Of a stretch of DNA of 64,000 nt, positions 1 through 11,398 are shown one piece after another (the first letter of the stretch is position 1; every line of letters begins with the position of its first letter). The notes beneath the pieces were generated by a model. It searched no databases and was not told the origin of the DNA. It worked only from the letters and a program-made list of their open reading frames with translations. Source of the stretch: Felis catus (lineage: Eukaryota); NCBI RefSeq assembly GCF_018350175.1, contig NC_058382.1:48796001-48860000 (forward strand). Reading direction: 5' to 3'. A program made the position numbers and the translations under genes.

Positions 1-1866
1 CTTAACCAACTGAGCCACCCAAGTGCCCCCAAATGACCAAGGTATTTTAATGTAACAGTATGAAAAATTCAGTAGTATGATTTCAGATTCCACATTGGAA
101 CTAACTCTTAAGTAATTACCACTTGTTAAGTTTTGGTGTCACATCCAAAAAAGAGTATCTAAAATTATCTGAAAGGCCAGACTTTCTTCATATTCTTCTA
201 AAGTAAGTATTTTCAGAAATTTCTCAAAAAAAAAAAAAAAGTAATTTCTCAATTTTAGCTTCTACTATGGCAAATATCGAAAGATAAAACCTGTATAAAC
301 AAAAATGCTTTGGGATCCTCAGTAATGTTTAAGAGTATAAGAAACCAACAAGTTTGAGAACCACTGTTCCAGGCACTTACAAACTGCTGGGTCAAAGGAA
401 TGTCTGTCTTTAGTTTTTCTTTTAAAAAAAAGTTTTTTTAAAACGTTTATTCATTTTTGAGAGACAGAGAGAGACAGAGTATGAGTGGGGAAGGGGCAGA
501 GAGAGAGGGAGACACAGAATCTGAAGCAGGCTCCAGGCTCTGAGCTGTCAGCACAGGGGCTTGAACTCACAAACGGCAAGATCATGAGCCGAAGTCGGAT
601 GCTCAACTGACTGAGCCACCCAGGTGCCCCTGTTTTTAGTTTTTCTAAGTAATGCCAAACTGCTTCCAGAAAGTAACTGTACCAATGTAAACTCCCCACC
701 AGAAGTGTATGGGCATTCTAGTTTGGTTTTTGTGGTTTTTTAAATTTATTTTGAGAGAGAGAGGGAAAGAGCATTAGTGAGCTCTCAAGTGGGGGGGGGG
801 GGGGGGGGAGGGGAGAGAATCCCAAGCAGGCTCCTCACTGTTAGTGTGGAGCCCAGCACAGGGCTCAATCCCACAAGCCGTGAGATCATGACCTGAGCTG
901 AAATCAATAGCTGGACGCTCAACCAACTGAGCCACCCAGGTGTCCCGGGCATGCCAGTTCTTGTTCGTCTGCATCAACACTTGGCATTGTCAGACTTCAT
1001 TTTTGCCCATCTGGGAAGCACAGAGTGGTTTTAGGTTTACATTTCCCTGATGACAAACGAGGCTTATCATATTTACTGGCCGTCTGAATTCCCTTCTTTT
1101 GTGCAGTGTCTGTTCAACTGGGCCTCTTCTGTCCATTTTCCTATTAGACTGCCTACTTTTTTCTTACTGAATTACAGTTTTATATACTCTGTTAACTTCC
1201 TTTTTAAGTAGGCGTCATGCCCAGCGTGGAGCCTAATGTGGGGCTTGAACTCATGACCCTGAGATCAAGACCCTGAGTGATACCAAGAGTCGGACACTGA
1301 ACCAAGCGAGCCAACTAGGCGCTCCCTACTCTGATAACTTCCTAACGACCATGTTCTACCTGCCCCTCCTCACCATTTTAGTCCATACTCTCTACACTAC
1401 ATACCATAGAACACATGGGAGAAATAATTGGTGGAAGGATTTCTGGTTTCGATAAGACCAAGTTATCTGGTCTTATCTGCTCCTAGTTTACTCTTACTAA
1501 AGCTGGGCTTGTTTTGAAACAAAGGGATGTGACCCCAACCTGCCATCCTAGACCTACTAATCCCTTGTTAATAAGCAGCTTCCAGAACTCTGAATGCTGA
1601 ATTCAAAACCCTGTTATCTTAGTGAAGAACGACAGACTTTAAGAACTCTATGACCCATACAAAGATTTTTTTTTAACAACTCTAAATCTTTTAAGAGTAG
1701 AAAGGACTGTTAAATAACAAGTTTAAAACAGATTTGCTGAAAGCAATGCAGTGGGCCCTAAGGTCAATTGAACCAGAAAGTTTAATGTCATCATCACATC
1801 TTCAAAATTCAAACACCCAACTACCCTATCCTGCTCACTGCTTAGGTTTCACCCCTTTATACTCAC

Positions 1867-1981
1867 ATTTATTGCCTCGAACAGCATAAGCAAGCTTTAG
1901 TTCCGGATGAAATTTGCCCATCTGCTCAATCACTTTTCCCGTTTGAAGTGCCAACTCATATGTTGGGGAGAGGCATAAACA
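1867..1981 (-). CDS. DDX19A: DDX19A exon 7 (motif Ia: CLCLSPTYELALQ); gene continues beyond the window start
   Basis: 115 nt, CAG acceptor, GTGAGT donor. Confidence 0.96.
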
Positions 1982-2094
1982 CTGAACAAGGAAATCATAA
2001 AGGTTGAGTTTAAGAGAGTCTTTTAATAAAAGACAACAGGTGCTAATGCAACAAATATTCTTATATTATTATCACTTTTTAAAAAATGTTTTAT

Positions 2095-2142
<48 letters not shown>

Positions 2143-2592
2143 CAGAGAGAGAATCCCAAGCCGACTCCATGCTGTCAGCACAGAGACCAGCTCGGGCCTC
2201 GATCTCATGAACTGTGAGATCATGACCCGAACCAAAATCAAGAGTTGATGGTTAACTGACTGAGCCACCCAGTCACCCCTGATCTTACTACCATCTAAAA
2301 AGGCAGGGAACCACATCCTCTCCAACCAGGCCCACTTTTCAGCTATAGACCGAAGCCTTCAGCAGGGAGCCCTGGCTGGGTGAATGCCTTCAGAAGCCAC
2401 TGTTTAAAGCTGCTGTTTCTGAATGAACTCTACCTAGAGGCCTAGTACATGAACCTGCTCTGCCAGATCCACAGTCTGAGGCCCAGGAAACGTTCAGATC
2501 CCTTAAGGGGTGCCCTCACTAACCGCCCACCAGATAGCACTGTCTTTCCCAGGGCAGGCAAGCCAGGGCCATCAGGATCCCCCAACCCTCAC

Positions 2593-2695
2593 CTGGGGAT
2601 ATCTCTCTGCTGGTTCCACTCGGCTGAGCATGGCCAGGACGAAGGCGGCTGTTTTACCAGTACCTGACTGAGACTGAGCAATCAGGTTCTGTGGG
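2593..2695 (-). CDS. DDX19A: DDX19A exon 6 (Walker A: SQSGTGKT)
   Basis: 103 nt, CAG acceptor, GTGAGG donor. Confidence 0.96.
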
Positions 2696-4287
2696 CTGGA
2701 TCAGGAACAGAAAGGAAAATAATATTGGTTAAACACAATAAAGTACCAGAATGTTCTTTCTGGATGGTAGGAATACAGAATATTCTTCCTTTAATCCAAG
2801 TTTTCTGCATTGAGGACAATGATAAATTTTTTATATGATGTTAAAAAACTGCTTAAATATTAAGGGAAAAAAATGATTCTTTGAGATGGGTTTACACCAA
2901 GAATCCTCACTCTAGACTCCAGCACAGCCAGGGTGCCCTAGTTTTGTACCCCAGGGGCCGCATGAAAATTAACACTGCAGAGTAAAATCTGTGCCAAGGA
3001 AAATCCCTGAAGACATTTTCTGCCAAGCTGTAATGTGTCTCCAGCACTCGGCTCCCCGTCTGTTTCCTTTTCTTTTTTTTTTTTTTTAAATAATGTTTAT
3101 TTTTGAGAAAGTGTGAGCAGAAGCAGGGGAGAGTCAGAGAGAGAAGGAGACATAGAATCTGAAGATTCGAAGCACACTCCAGGATGTCAGCACAGAGGCC
3201 AGTGCAGGGCTTGAACCCACGAACTGTGGGATCATGACCTGAGCTGTAGTTGTAGGCTTAACCAACTGGGCCACCCAGGCGCCCCTCCCCTTTTCCCTTC
3301 TTTATGAAAATCCAAGACACCAAGTCAGGCAGATGCTTTAGAGGGAACTTTCACATTTTACTTCCTGTAACTCAGTCATGGAAATAGGTGGAATTTTTTG
3401 TCATTAAGCAAGAAAAATAATACAATTGAATGGGAAATGTTGCTCCATAAAGTAGGATACCAATTATCTACAGTTTAAAATATGTAAACAACTCTTAGAT
3501 TCTTAGGAATGTGTAGATATGTAGTAAAAGTATAAAGAAATGTAAGAGAATGATGACCTGTTTCAGGATGACATTACTTGGGTTGGGGAAGGGGATGTGA
3601 ATGCAGAGGGGTGCATGGGGGCTTCCACTGTCAACTAGATTTCTTGACAAGATAGGGTTACAGATGTTCTTGACACCATTTTTTGCAAGTTCCAAAAATT
3701 TCATACTAAAAAAAAATTTTTTTTTAACATTTATTCACTTTTGAGAGACAGAGACAGAGCACAAGTGGGGGAGGGGCAGAGAAAGAGGGAGATACAGAAT
3801 CTGAAACAGGCTCCAGGCTCTGAGCTGTCAGCACAGAGCCCAACACAGGGCTTGAACTCATGAACTTCGAGATCATGACCTGAGCTGAAGTCAGATGCTT
3901 AACCAGCTGAGCCACCCAGGTGCCCCCAAAATTTCCTATTTTTAAAAACCCTGTTTTAAAAAAATGCACAGAATAACATTAGCTTTATCTGTTTTTCATT
4001 TATTTTAAAGATTTTTATTTATTTTTTAAGTAACCCCTACAAACCAATGCGGGTTTGAACCCACACCACCAACTGAGCTAGCCAGGTGCCCCCATTAGTT
4101 TTTACTGCTAAGTGGGAAAGGCAGAAGCTGTACCAAATTCCATCTGACTCTCTGTACTTGCTCAAGCTGTTTCCCTGAGGAAAACATGCTGTCCCAAATG
4201 TCCCATCTTGTTCTCAAGAACAGTATGTTTTTGGTATAGGACATTAAACCAAATTCTGAAGAGGTGCACTGGGATCTGCATACTCAC

Positions 4288-4380
4288 GGCTCAGCAAGCA
4301 TCATGGGTAATGCATTCTCTTGTATCTTGGATGGTCGATTGAAGCCCATGGCATAGACTCCCTGGAGAAGCTGTGGTTTC
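4288..4380 (-). CDS. DDX19A: DDX19A exon 5 (Q motif: GFNRPSKIQENALPMMLAEP)
   Basis: 93 nt, TAG acceptor, GTGAGT donor; PMML is the DDX19A-type variant. Confidence 0.96.
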
Positions 4381-6736
4381 CTAGGAGGCCAGGGAGAGAA
4401 AGGATTGTTTCCTAGTTCAATTGTTTTAAAGGCCTAAATCTCTTTCCCTATATCTAGCAAAGAGTAACACTTCCTATCTCTGTCAGACATATCTTCCTAG
4501 GCCTTAAAAAATATTATCTAAAATGAAACCAAACCATCATCCTTCTCTCCTCAGTCTTAATCTACAACTATTAGACAATTCATAGAATACAGACAAGTTT
4601 TCTTTCTTGGAGAAATTCATGCTTTCAGCAGACCCCCACAAATATGATTGGTCTTGGATGGCAAATGTTCCCTGGATACTGCAAGAGTGGAATTTATTAA
4701 TTTGTATAAATTGTATAATTTGCATAAAATGAATTATAAAAGGCGTACCTAAAAATAAACACTGCTTAACTGTATCACTAAGATATAGAAATCCCTTTAG
4801 AAAACAAGATTCACGTTTAATTTCTTGGTGCAGATGTTAAAATGAACCACAGTCATTTTGTATTCCATGGTCCTTCCAAAGCCAGCTATACAAACACTCA
4901 GGACAATCAAGAGGTAAGAGAATTGATTTAGCCAGTTTCTGGTAAAGAGGAGTGTTCAATCACCTGTACTGAACTTCACGAATGCTCATATTTGGTTATT
5001 ATGTTTAGTCAAAATCAAGCATAGGAAAGCACCAGCTTATACAAGTAGCTACACAACAAATACAAATTAAAGTTGCTTTTTCATTGCATTTACAATAACC
5101 TCTCTGTTACCTCTACCACCGACAGGGTGTTCGACAAAAATCCCACCACACTATTTGTAAAGAAGAGCCAAACCAAGTCAAGCCTTCTGTTCTCTGAGCC
5201 TTCCCTGGAGTTAACAGGCTCTCTAAAAGGCACATTCGTCTGGCATATGTTGGTTCTCAGACACAAAGACATGTGAAAGCATAATCTTTGGTGTCTTCTG
5301 TTTAGAAGAAAAGGCTATGAAGCTCAACAGATTGTGATTTGGTTGCTAAGGAAACAAAGTCACAACTGAATGAAGATCCAAATGATCCAAGAGCTTCCAG
5401 CGGTTCATTATTTTCCTTTTATTTTGCAGATTAATTCAAAATTTTTAAGTACAAAACAAATATATTATATTAGGCAACTTAGGTTTTATTTTTTGTTTCT
5501 TCTAGCCAACAACTACTAAATCAGAGAGAGCTTGATTTTTCAGAAAGGACAATTCCTCACTGGTCAGACTGAGAGCACAAGTCCTTTAAATGAAAGGGGG
5601 TTTAAAAGCCATCTATACTTGGGGAAGCAAAACTGTCACTTCAGGAAACAAAAGAGCACATCTAGCCGTCCTGATATAGTTTACGAATAGAAGCAGAGAT
5701 GGCAGAATTGCTGAATGAAGCCCTCCATGGGAGAAATACAGAAAGAAAAGAATAATTTCCTGAAAACATTAAAAAACAACAACGCTTTAAAAAACTTGTT
5801 CTTAACTGTTACTTCATTAATGACTTGATTTGGTTTAAGTTAGCTCTTATATTTTAAGTGTCTCTTATTCTAAAGCAGTGGTAACAGTTGGCAGGAATGT
5901 GGCCCCTATTGGCCCACGGTGGGCATATTAAAGATTTTGCTGATAAAGGTAATTCCACCACTTTCTTATTCACCAGCTGCTTTCTGTCTATGATTCAGGT
6001 CCTGGCAGGCAGCAAGAACGGTGGTTATGTCTTGTGTTACTCATAACACCCAGCACAGTACCAGGTACCTAAACCAATGATTCATAAACATTTCTTTACT
6101 AATATATTGAAGTAAACAAAAAAATTGGTATGACCTTCCATAATTCTGCTTTTAAAATAAAGCGATATTGGAAGTCATTCTTAGCACAATGACATGAATA
6201 TGCTCCCTTACAGCTTAATTCTGGGTTCTGGATTGGTTTTTGTTTTGCATTCTGGAATACTGAAGACTGCTTTCCACTGTAGGTACTGGAAATCCTGCAA
6301 AGGCTCTTTTGATCGATTATATAAAAGCAGATAAACTGTTCTTAACCGTAAACCCTATAGTCTAACAAAAGGGCTTACCTAATAAGAAATGTTCCTGACA
6401 TCCAGAAATCACCTGTCAGCCAATATTTTATTGAAAGTTCTAAGAGCATAAAAGAAAAAAGACTTTCAGCTATGATGAATAAATCTGTGGCATTTAAAAA
6501 TCCCTCCCAAGAGGAGGAGAACTGGGTAGCCAAGAGACAAGGGTGGGAGGGAAACCGTCACTGTAAACTGTTTCATACTTTCTGACTTTTGAGTCATGTG
6601 AATTATCAAAGAAGCAAATACATTAAGATTCTTAAAAATAAAAGTAAAAAGTAAAATTCCCCAAAGATCTTGGAGATGCTAAGTTTTACAAAGGAGGGCC
6701 TGACAAGGAGCAGCTGTTCAAAGAACAAATACTCAC

Positions 6737-6872
6737 AGCCGAAGCTCCTCAAAGGACTTCACAGAGTAGAGCGGGGAACTTGGGTCCCGCTGCAGGACTT
6801 CCACTTGGTTCGTGTTATCGACAAGGTTGCTTCTGATCAGCTTGTTGAGTAAAGACTGGGCAGCTCTGTCCT
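6737..6872 (-). CDS. DDX19A: DDX19A exon 4 (EDRAAQSLLNKLIRSNL...SFEELRL)
   Basis: 136 nt, CAG acceptor, GTGAGT donor. Confidence 0.96.
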
Positions 6873-7446
6873 CTGTCCGGAAGAAACCAGCAGATTGTCT
6901 TCACGCTCGTTTGGCAAACTCACCCTCGTGAAATCTCTCTCCCCATCTCTGCACCAGCACCCAGGCGGCCAGGCTTGGCTGGAGAACAGTCACTCCCACC
7001 GGTCTCCCTTTAGAACGGTGACTGGGAAACCCAAAAGGGCTAAGCTGCCCTATTCGTCTTCATGCTTCTATTCTCCACTCATTCACTCTTCTCAGACCTC
7101 CACTTCTACCTCCTCCTCTCTTCTCAAACTTCTAATCCCTCACATCCTCACTCACCTGATGACCTCTCGTCTTCCTTCACAGAAAAGTACCAGTGATCAG
7201 AAACACTTCCCCATTCTGTCGTGACATTCCTATACATCTACCTGCATGTGCGCCCGTGTTCTCTACATTCCCTTTGGTAACCTGGGACGGACAGCCTGTG
7301 CTCCTAAGGCTAACCCCTCCACTGGTACGACAGGTCCCAGCCCCTCTTGCCCACAAGGATATTTCTCCTGACGCTGACTCTGTTTTGCGTGATCAGTTTC
7401 CTGTTCCACTGGAACATTCCCACCAGCATGTGAACACATTGTAACA

Positions 7447-9050
7447 TTTTTTTTTTTAATGTTTATTCATTTTTGAGAGCAAGAGTGAGAAAGGGACTGG
7501 GGGAGGGGCAAAGAGAGAGGGAGACACAGAATCCGAAGCAGGCTCTAGGCCGTTAGCACAGAGCCCGGCGCTGGGCTCTAACTTACAAATCACAAGATCA
7601 TGATCTGAGCAGAAGTTGGACCCTTAACCAACTGAGCCACCCAGGTGGCCCCAATATTTATATCTTCTTAATCAACTTATTACTTATATTTAACTACCTA
7701 CTTCTAAAATACTTCCTTCTTCTGGTTTCTGGATACCACCCTCTTGAGGGCACCTGGGTGGCTCAGCCGGTTAAGGGTCCGATTCCTGGCTTCAGCTCAA
7801 GTCATGATCTCATGGTCCACGAGATTGAGCTCAGCATCAGGCTCTGCGCTGACAGTGCGGAGCCTGCTTGGGATTCTCTCTCTCTCTCTGCCCCTCCCTC
7901 ACTTGCTCTCTCTCTCTCAAAATAAATTAAAAAAAAAAAAAAAAAAGGATACCACTCTCTTTCATTCTCCTTCTACCTCACTGACTGCTTCTTCTCAATC
8001 TCCTCTGTAATTCCTCCTCATCTCCTTAATCCAGTGCCTCTGGCTCCAGGAGGGCAAATCTTGGGTCATATTCTATTTCTTGGTACAAAGTTTTAAAGAC
8101 AAATTACCTTTCTCTTCTTCATCTGTTTTCTCTGCAGCGGCACTGGTTTTAATAACACCTACAAAAGAAAACAGTTATCATAGTAAGAAAGGCAAATTTC
8201 AAACCCACCCAAAAGGTGTGACAACATAAAAACTAAATCTTAGTTAGGTGATCAAAATGTAAATATTTGGCATTTCTTTATGTTTAATGGGTTTTTATTC
8301 CTAGAAAGCACACAAGAAAATTTCAACTTTCTAGGAATGTTGGCTGACTTCACAGTGGATCAGAATATGTCACCTCTGATTTGCTTATCCTATTTTAAAA
8401 TATACTATTATATTAGCAAACACAATCATACATAAGAAAGAAAACAGGTATTAAAAATTAAAAGCAAGAGGGGCACCTGGGTGGCTCAGTCGGTTGAGCG
8501 TCCGACTTCAGCTCAGGTCATGAACTCGCGGTTTGTGAGTTTGAGCCCCGCATCAGAGTCTGTGCTGACAGCTCGGATTCGGTGTCTCCCTCTCTCTCTG
8601 CCCCTCCCCTGCTCATGCTCTGTCTCTCTCTGTCTCTCATAAATAAATAAGTGTTAAAAATTTTTTTAAATAAAAAAATAAATAAAAGCAAGAGGTAAAA
8701 TGTTCACTTTTGGTGGATTACAGGATTGTAAACCTGCAGGATTAAGTATCAACTTAAAAACGATTATAGGGGCGCCTGGGTGGCTCAGTCTGTTAAGCAT
8801 CCAACTCTTGATTTTGGCTCGGGTCGTGATCCCAGGGTTGGGGAATTGAGCCCTGCTCAGCATGGAGCCTGCTTGGGATTCTTATTCTCTCTCATTCTCT
8901 CTCACTCTCTCTCTCTGTCTCTCTCTCTCTCTCTCTCCCCCTCCCTCCCTCCCTCTCCCTCTCTCCTCCTCTTCCTCTCTCTCCCTCTGTCCCTCTCCCT
9001 CACTCGTGTTCTCTCTCTCTCAAAACAAAACAAAATACAAAAAAAAAAAA
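7447..9050. mobile_element. Carnivore SINEs: ~7447-7652 (-), 7748-7946 (+), 8470-8680 (+), 8769-9050 (+)
   Basis: tRNA-derived head, (CT)n, A tail; TSD GGATACCACYCTCTT around the 7748 copy. Confidence 0.88.
8108..8158 (-). CDS. DDX19A: DDX19A exon 3 (VIKTSAAAEKTDEEEK)
   Basis: 51 nt, TAG acceptor, GTAATT donor; one codon shorter than the DDX19B exon. Confidence 0.95.
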
Positions 9051-9444
9051 CCCTTGCAAAATAACATATTTTAGCGAAAAACAAAAAACTAGGTACAAAA
9101 TAAATAGAAATCAGTAGTTTTCATAAATACAGACATATAATTGAAAAGTTCCCATTTATAACAGCAACTAAAATGATGAAATACTTCACCAAGAAATAAA
9201 ATTAATAAAATCAAATAAATACGCAAGATTTAAATGAAGAAAACTTTAAAACAATAAAATAATGCAAACAGTATAGCTAAAATGCCAATAGATCAATTAA
9301 AGTGGAATTCTAAGATATTCAATTAGCCTAAAAGAAGGCAGCAAAAGAAAGGAAGAGAAACTATGAGACAAACAAATCAAATAGTAAAACTGCTTAAGTA
9401 AACCTACCATGTCAACAATTATATTAAATGTAGATGGATAAGAA

Positions 9445-10530
9445 AAATAAATAAAAGGCATCCAAATTCAAAGGAAGAAAACTGTCAATATTTGCAGAAG
9501 ACATATATAAAAAACCCAAAGATGCCATCAAAAAACTGTTGGCACTAATAAATGAATTTAGTCAAGTTGCAGAATACAAAATCAATGCACAAAATCTGGT
9601 GTGTTTCTATACACTAATAATGAACTATCTGAAAGAGAAATTAAGAAAATAACCCTATTGGGGCGCCTGGGTGGCGCAGTCGGTTAAGCGTCCGACTTCA
9701 GCCAGGTCACGATCTCGCGGTCTGTGAGTTCGAGCCCCGCGTCGGGCTCTGGGCTGATGGCTCAGAGCCTGGAGCCTGTTTCCGATTCTGTGTCTCCCTC
9801 TCTCTCTGCCCTTCCCCCGTTCGTGCTCTGTCTCTCTCTGTCCCAAAAATAAATAAACGTTGAAAAAAAAATTAAAAAAAAAAGAAAAGAAAAGAAAATA
9901 ACCCTATTTACAACTGCATTAAAAAGAATTAAATACCTAGGAATAAATTTACCAAGGAGGTAGAAGACATGTATACTGAACATCATAAGACATTATTGAA
10001 AGAAACTGAAAACACAAACAAATAGGAAGGTTTTCCTTGCTCATGGATTGGAAGGGTACTGTTAAAATGTCCATTATTATCAAAAACACGAATCAATGCA
10101 CTCCCTGTGAAAATCCCAACAGTATTCTTCACAGAAATAGAACAATTTTAAAATTTGTACAGAACCACAAAAGACCCCAAACAGCCAAAGCAATCTTCAG
10201 AAAGAAAAACAAAGCTGGAGGCATCATGCTCCCCGACTTCAAACTAGATTACAAAACTGTATAATTAAAACAGTACGGTACTTGCATTAACAACAGACAC
10301 ATAAATCGATGGAACAGAACAGAGAGCTCAGAAATAAACCCACACATATTTGGTCAATTAATTTATGACAAAGGACCCAAGAATATACAACAGAGAAAGG
10401 ACAGTCTCTTTAATAAATGGTATTGGGAAAACGGGACAGCCACGTGTAAAAGAACAGAACTGGACCGCTATCTTAACCATACACAAAAATTAACTCAAAA
10501 TGGATTAAAGACTTGAATGTAAGATCTAAA
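9445..10530 (+). mobile_element. L1 ORF2 fragment (RT region onward), degenerate, interrupted by a SINE
   Basis: Reads LINEFSQVAEYKINAQ and [15 protein letters not shown]; frameshifted. Confidence 0.88.
9660..9891 (+). mobile_element. Young felid SINE (SINEC_Fc type)
   Basis: Near-consensus with CpGs retained; perfect 17-bp TSD AAGAAAATAACCCTATT (9643-9659, 9892-9908). Confidence 0.95.
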
Positions 10531-10532
10531 GC

Positions 10533-10658
10533 CTTCAGAAGGAAGGCTGACACCTTGGTCTCAGACTTCTGGCCTCAAGAACTAGGAGACAGTAAACTTC
10601 GGTTGTTTAAACCACTCAGTTTGTGATACTTGGCATGTCAGCCTACCAAACTAATAAA
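10533..10658 (+). mobile_element. MaLR (MLT1-like) LTR 3' fragment
   Basis: GCTGACACCTTGGTCTCAGACTTCTGGCCTC...CCACTCAGTTTGTG motif. Confidence 0.6.
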
Positions 10659-10975
10659 GACAGAGAGTGAGAACTGGGTAAATGACAGTCCAGAACAGAA
10701 AGGAAGCCTTTCACCTGTTTAATACTTTGAGTTTTGAACCCAGATTAACTTTTCAGAAATTAAATACAAAGTTTAAAGAAACACATCAAGCGAACAGTGG
10801 CAGGAGTTAGAAACTAGATAAACTCTGGAAAACTAATGTATCCTCTTCAGTAACGAAACTGAATTTACTGGCTCTCAAATACCTACTGTCATTCGCCAAA
10901 TACTATATGAAAACTCCTTTTCACACTGCAGCTACTACTGCAAAGCAGAAGAGCTAATAGTTACAAGTGACTCAC

Positions 10976-11024
10976 CATTGGTATCTGGTTTGACTTTTTC
11001 TTCCTTGATTTGCAAATTACTCAT
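10976..11024 (-). CDS. DDX19A: DDX19A exon 2 (MSNLQIKEEKVKPDTNG)
   Basis: 49 nt, CAG acceptor, GTGAGT donor, phase 0->1. Confidence 0.95.
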
Positions 11025-11398
11025 CTGAATGGAAATAAAAGGAAACAGAGTTAAGCAGAGGACCCAAAGGAAGTCCCTTAGCCAAGAGAAGTTCCCTAGT
11101 GAAAGTCCAGCAGAACTAGTTCAGCACCTTTACTCAGGGAGTTATCCTGCTCAAGCAGGAGTCCTAAAAGCTTGGGTGACGACATCATTTTGGGCAACTT
11201 CAAGAACCTCAAAAAGGAGAGTGGGGTGGACTAAACATAGTAGTTGGGGGGAAAAGTTTGACAACAGCCTCAAACCTCTAATTTTCTTCCAACTTATGCT
11301 CTTTCTAGAACATCTAACCTTCATTAAATGCCTTTGATAGCCTATCAATGGCAAACACACAGTTCCCTTGCAGATACACTGAAGAACAACACTATCCA

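Larger units (their letters stand above)
433..4092 (-). mobile_element. Series of carnivore SINEs: ~433-631, 741-947, 1200-1325, 2077-2280, 3072-3285, 3717-3926, 4005-4092 (interspersed with exons)
   Basis: Reverse-complement SINE head (TGAGCCACCCAGGTGCCCC), (GA)n and poly-T. Confidence 0.85.
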
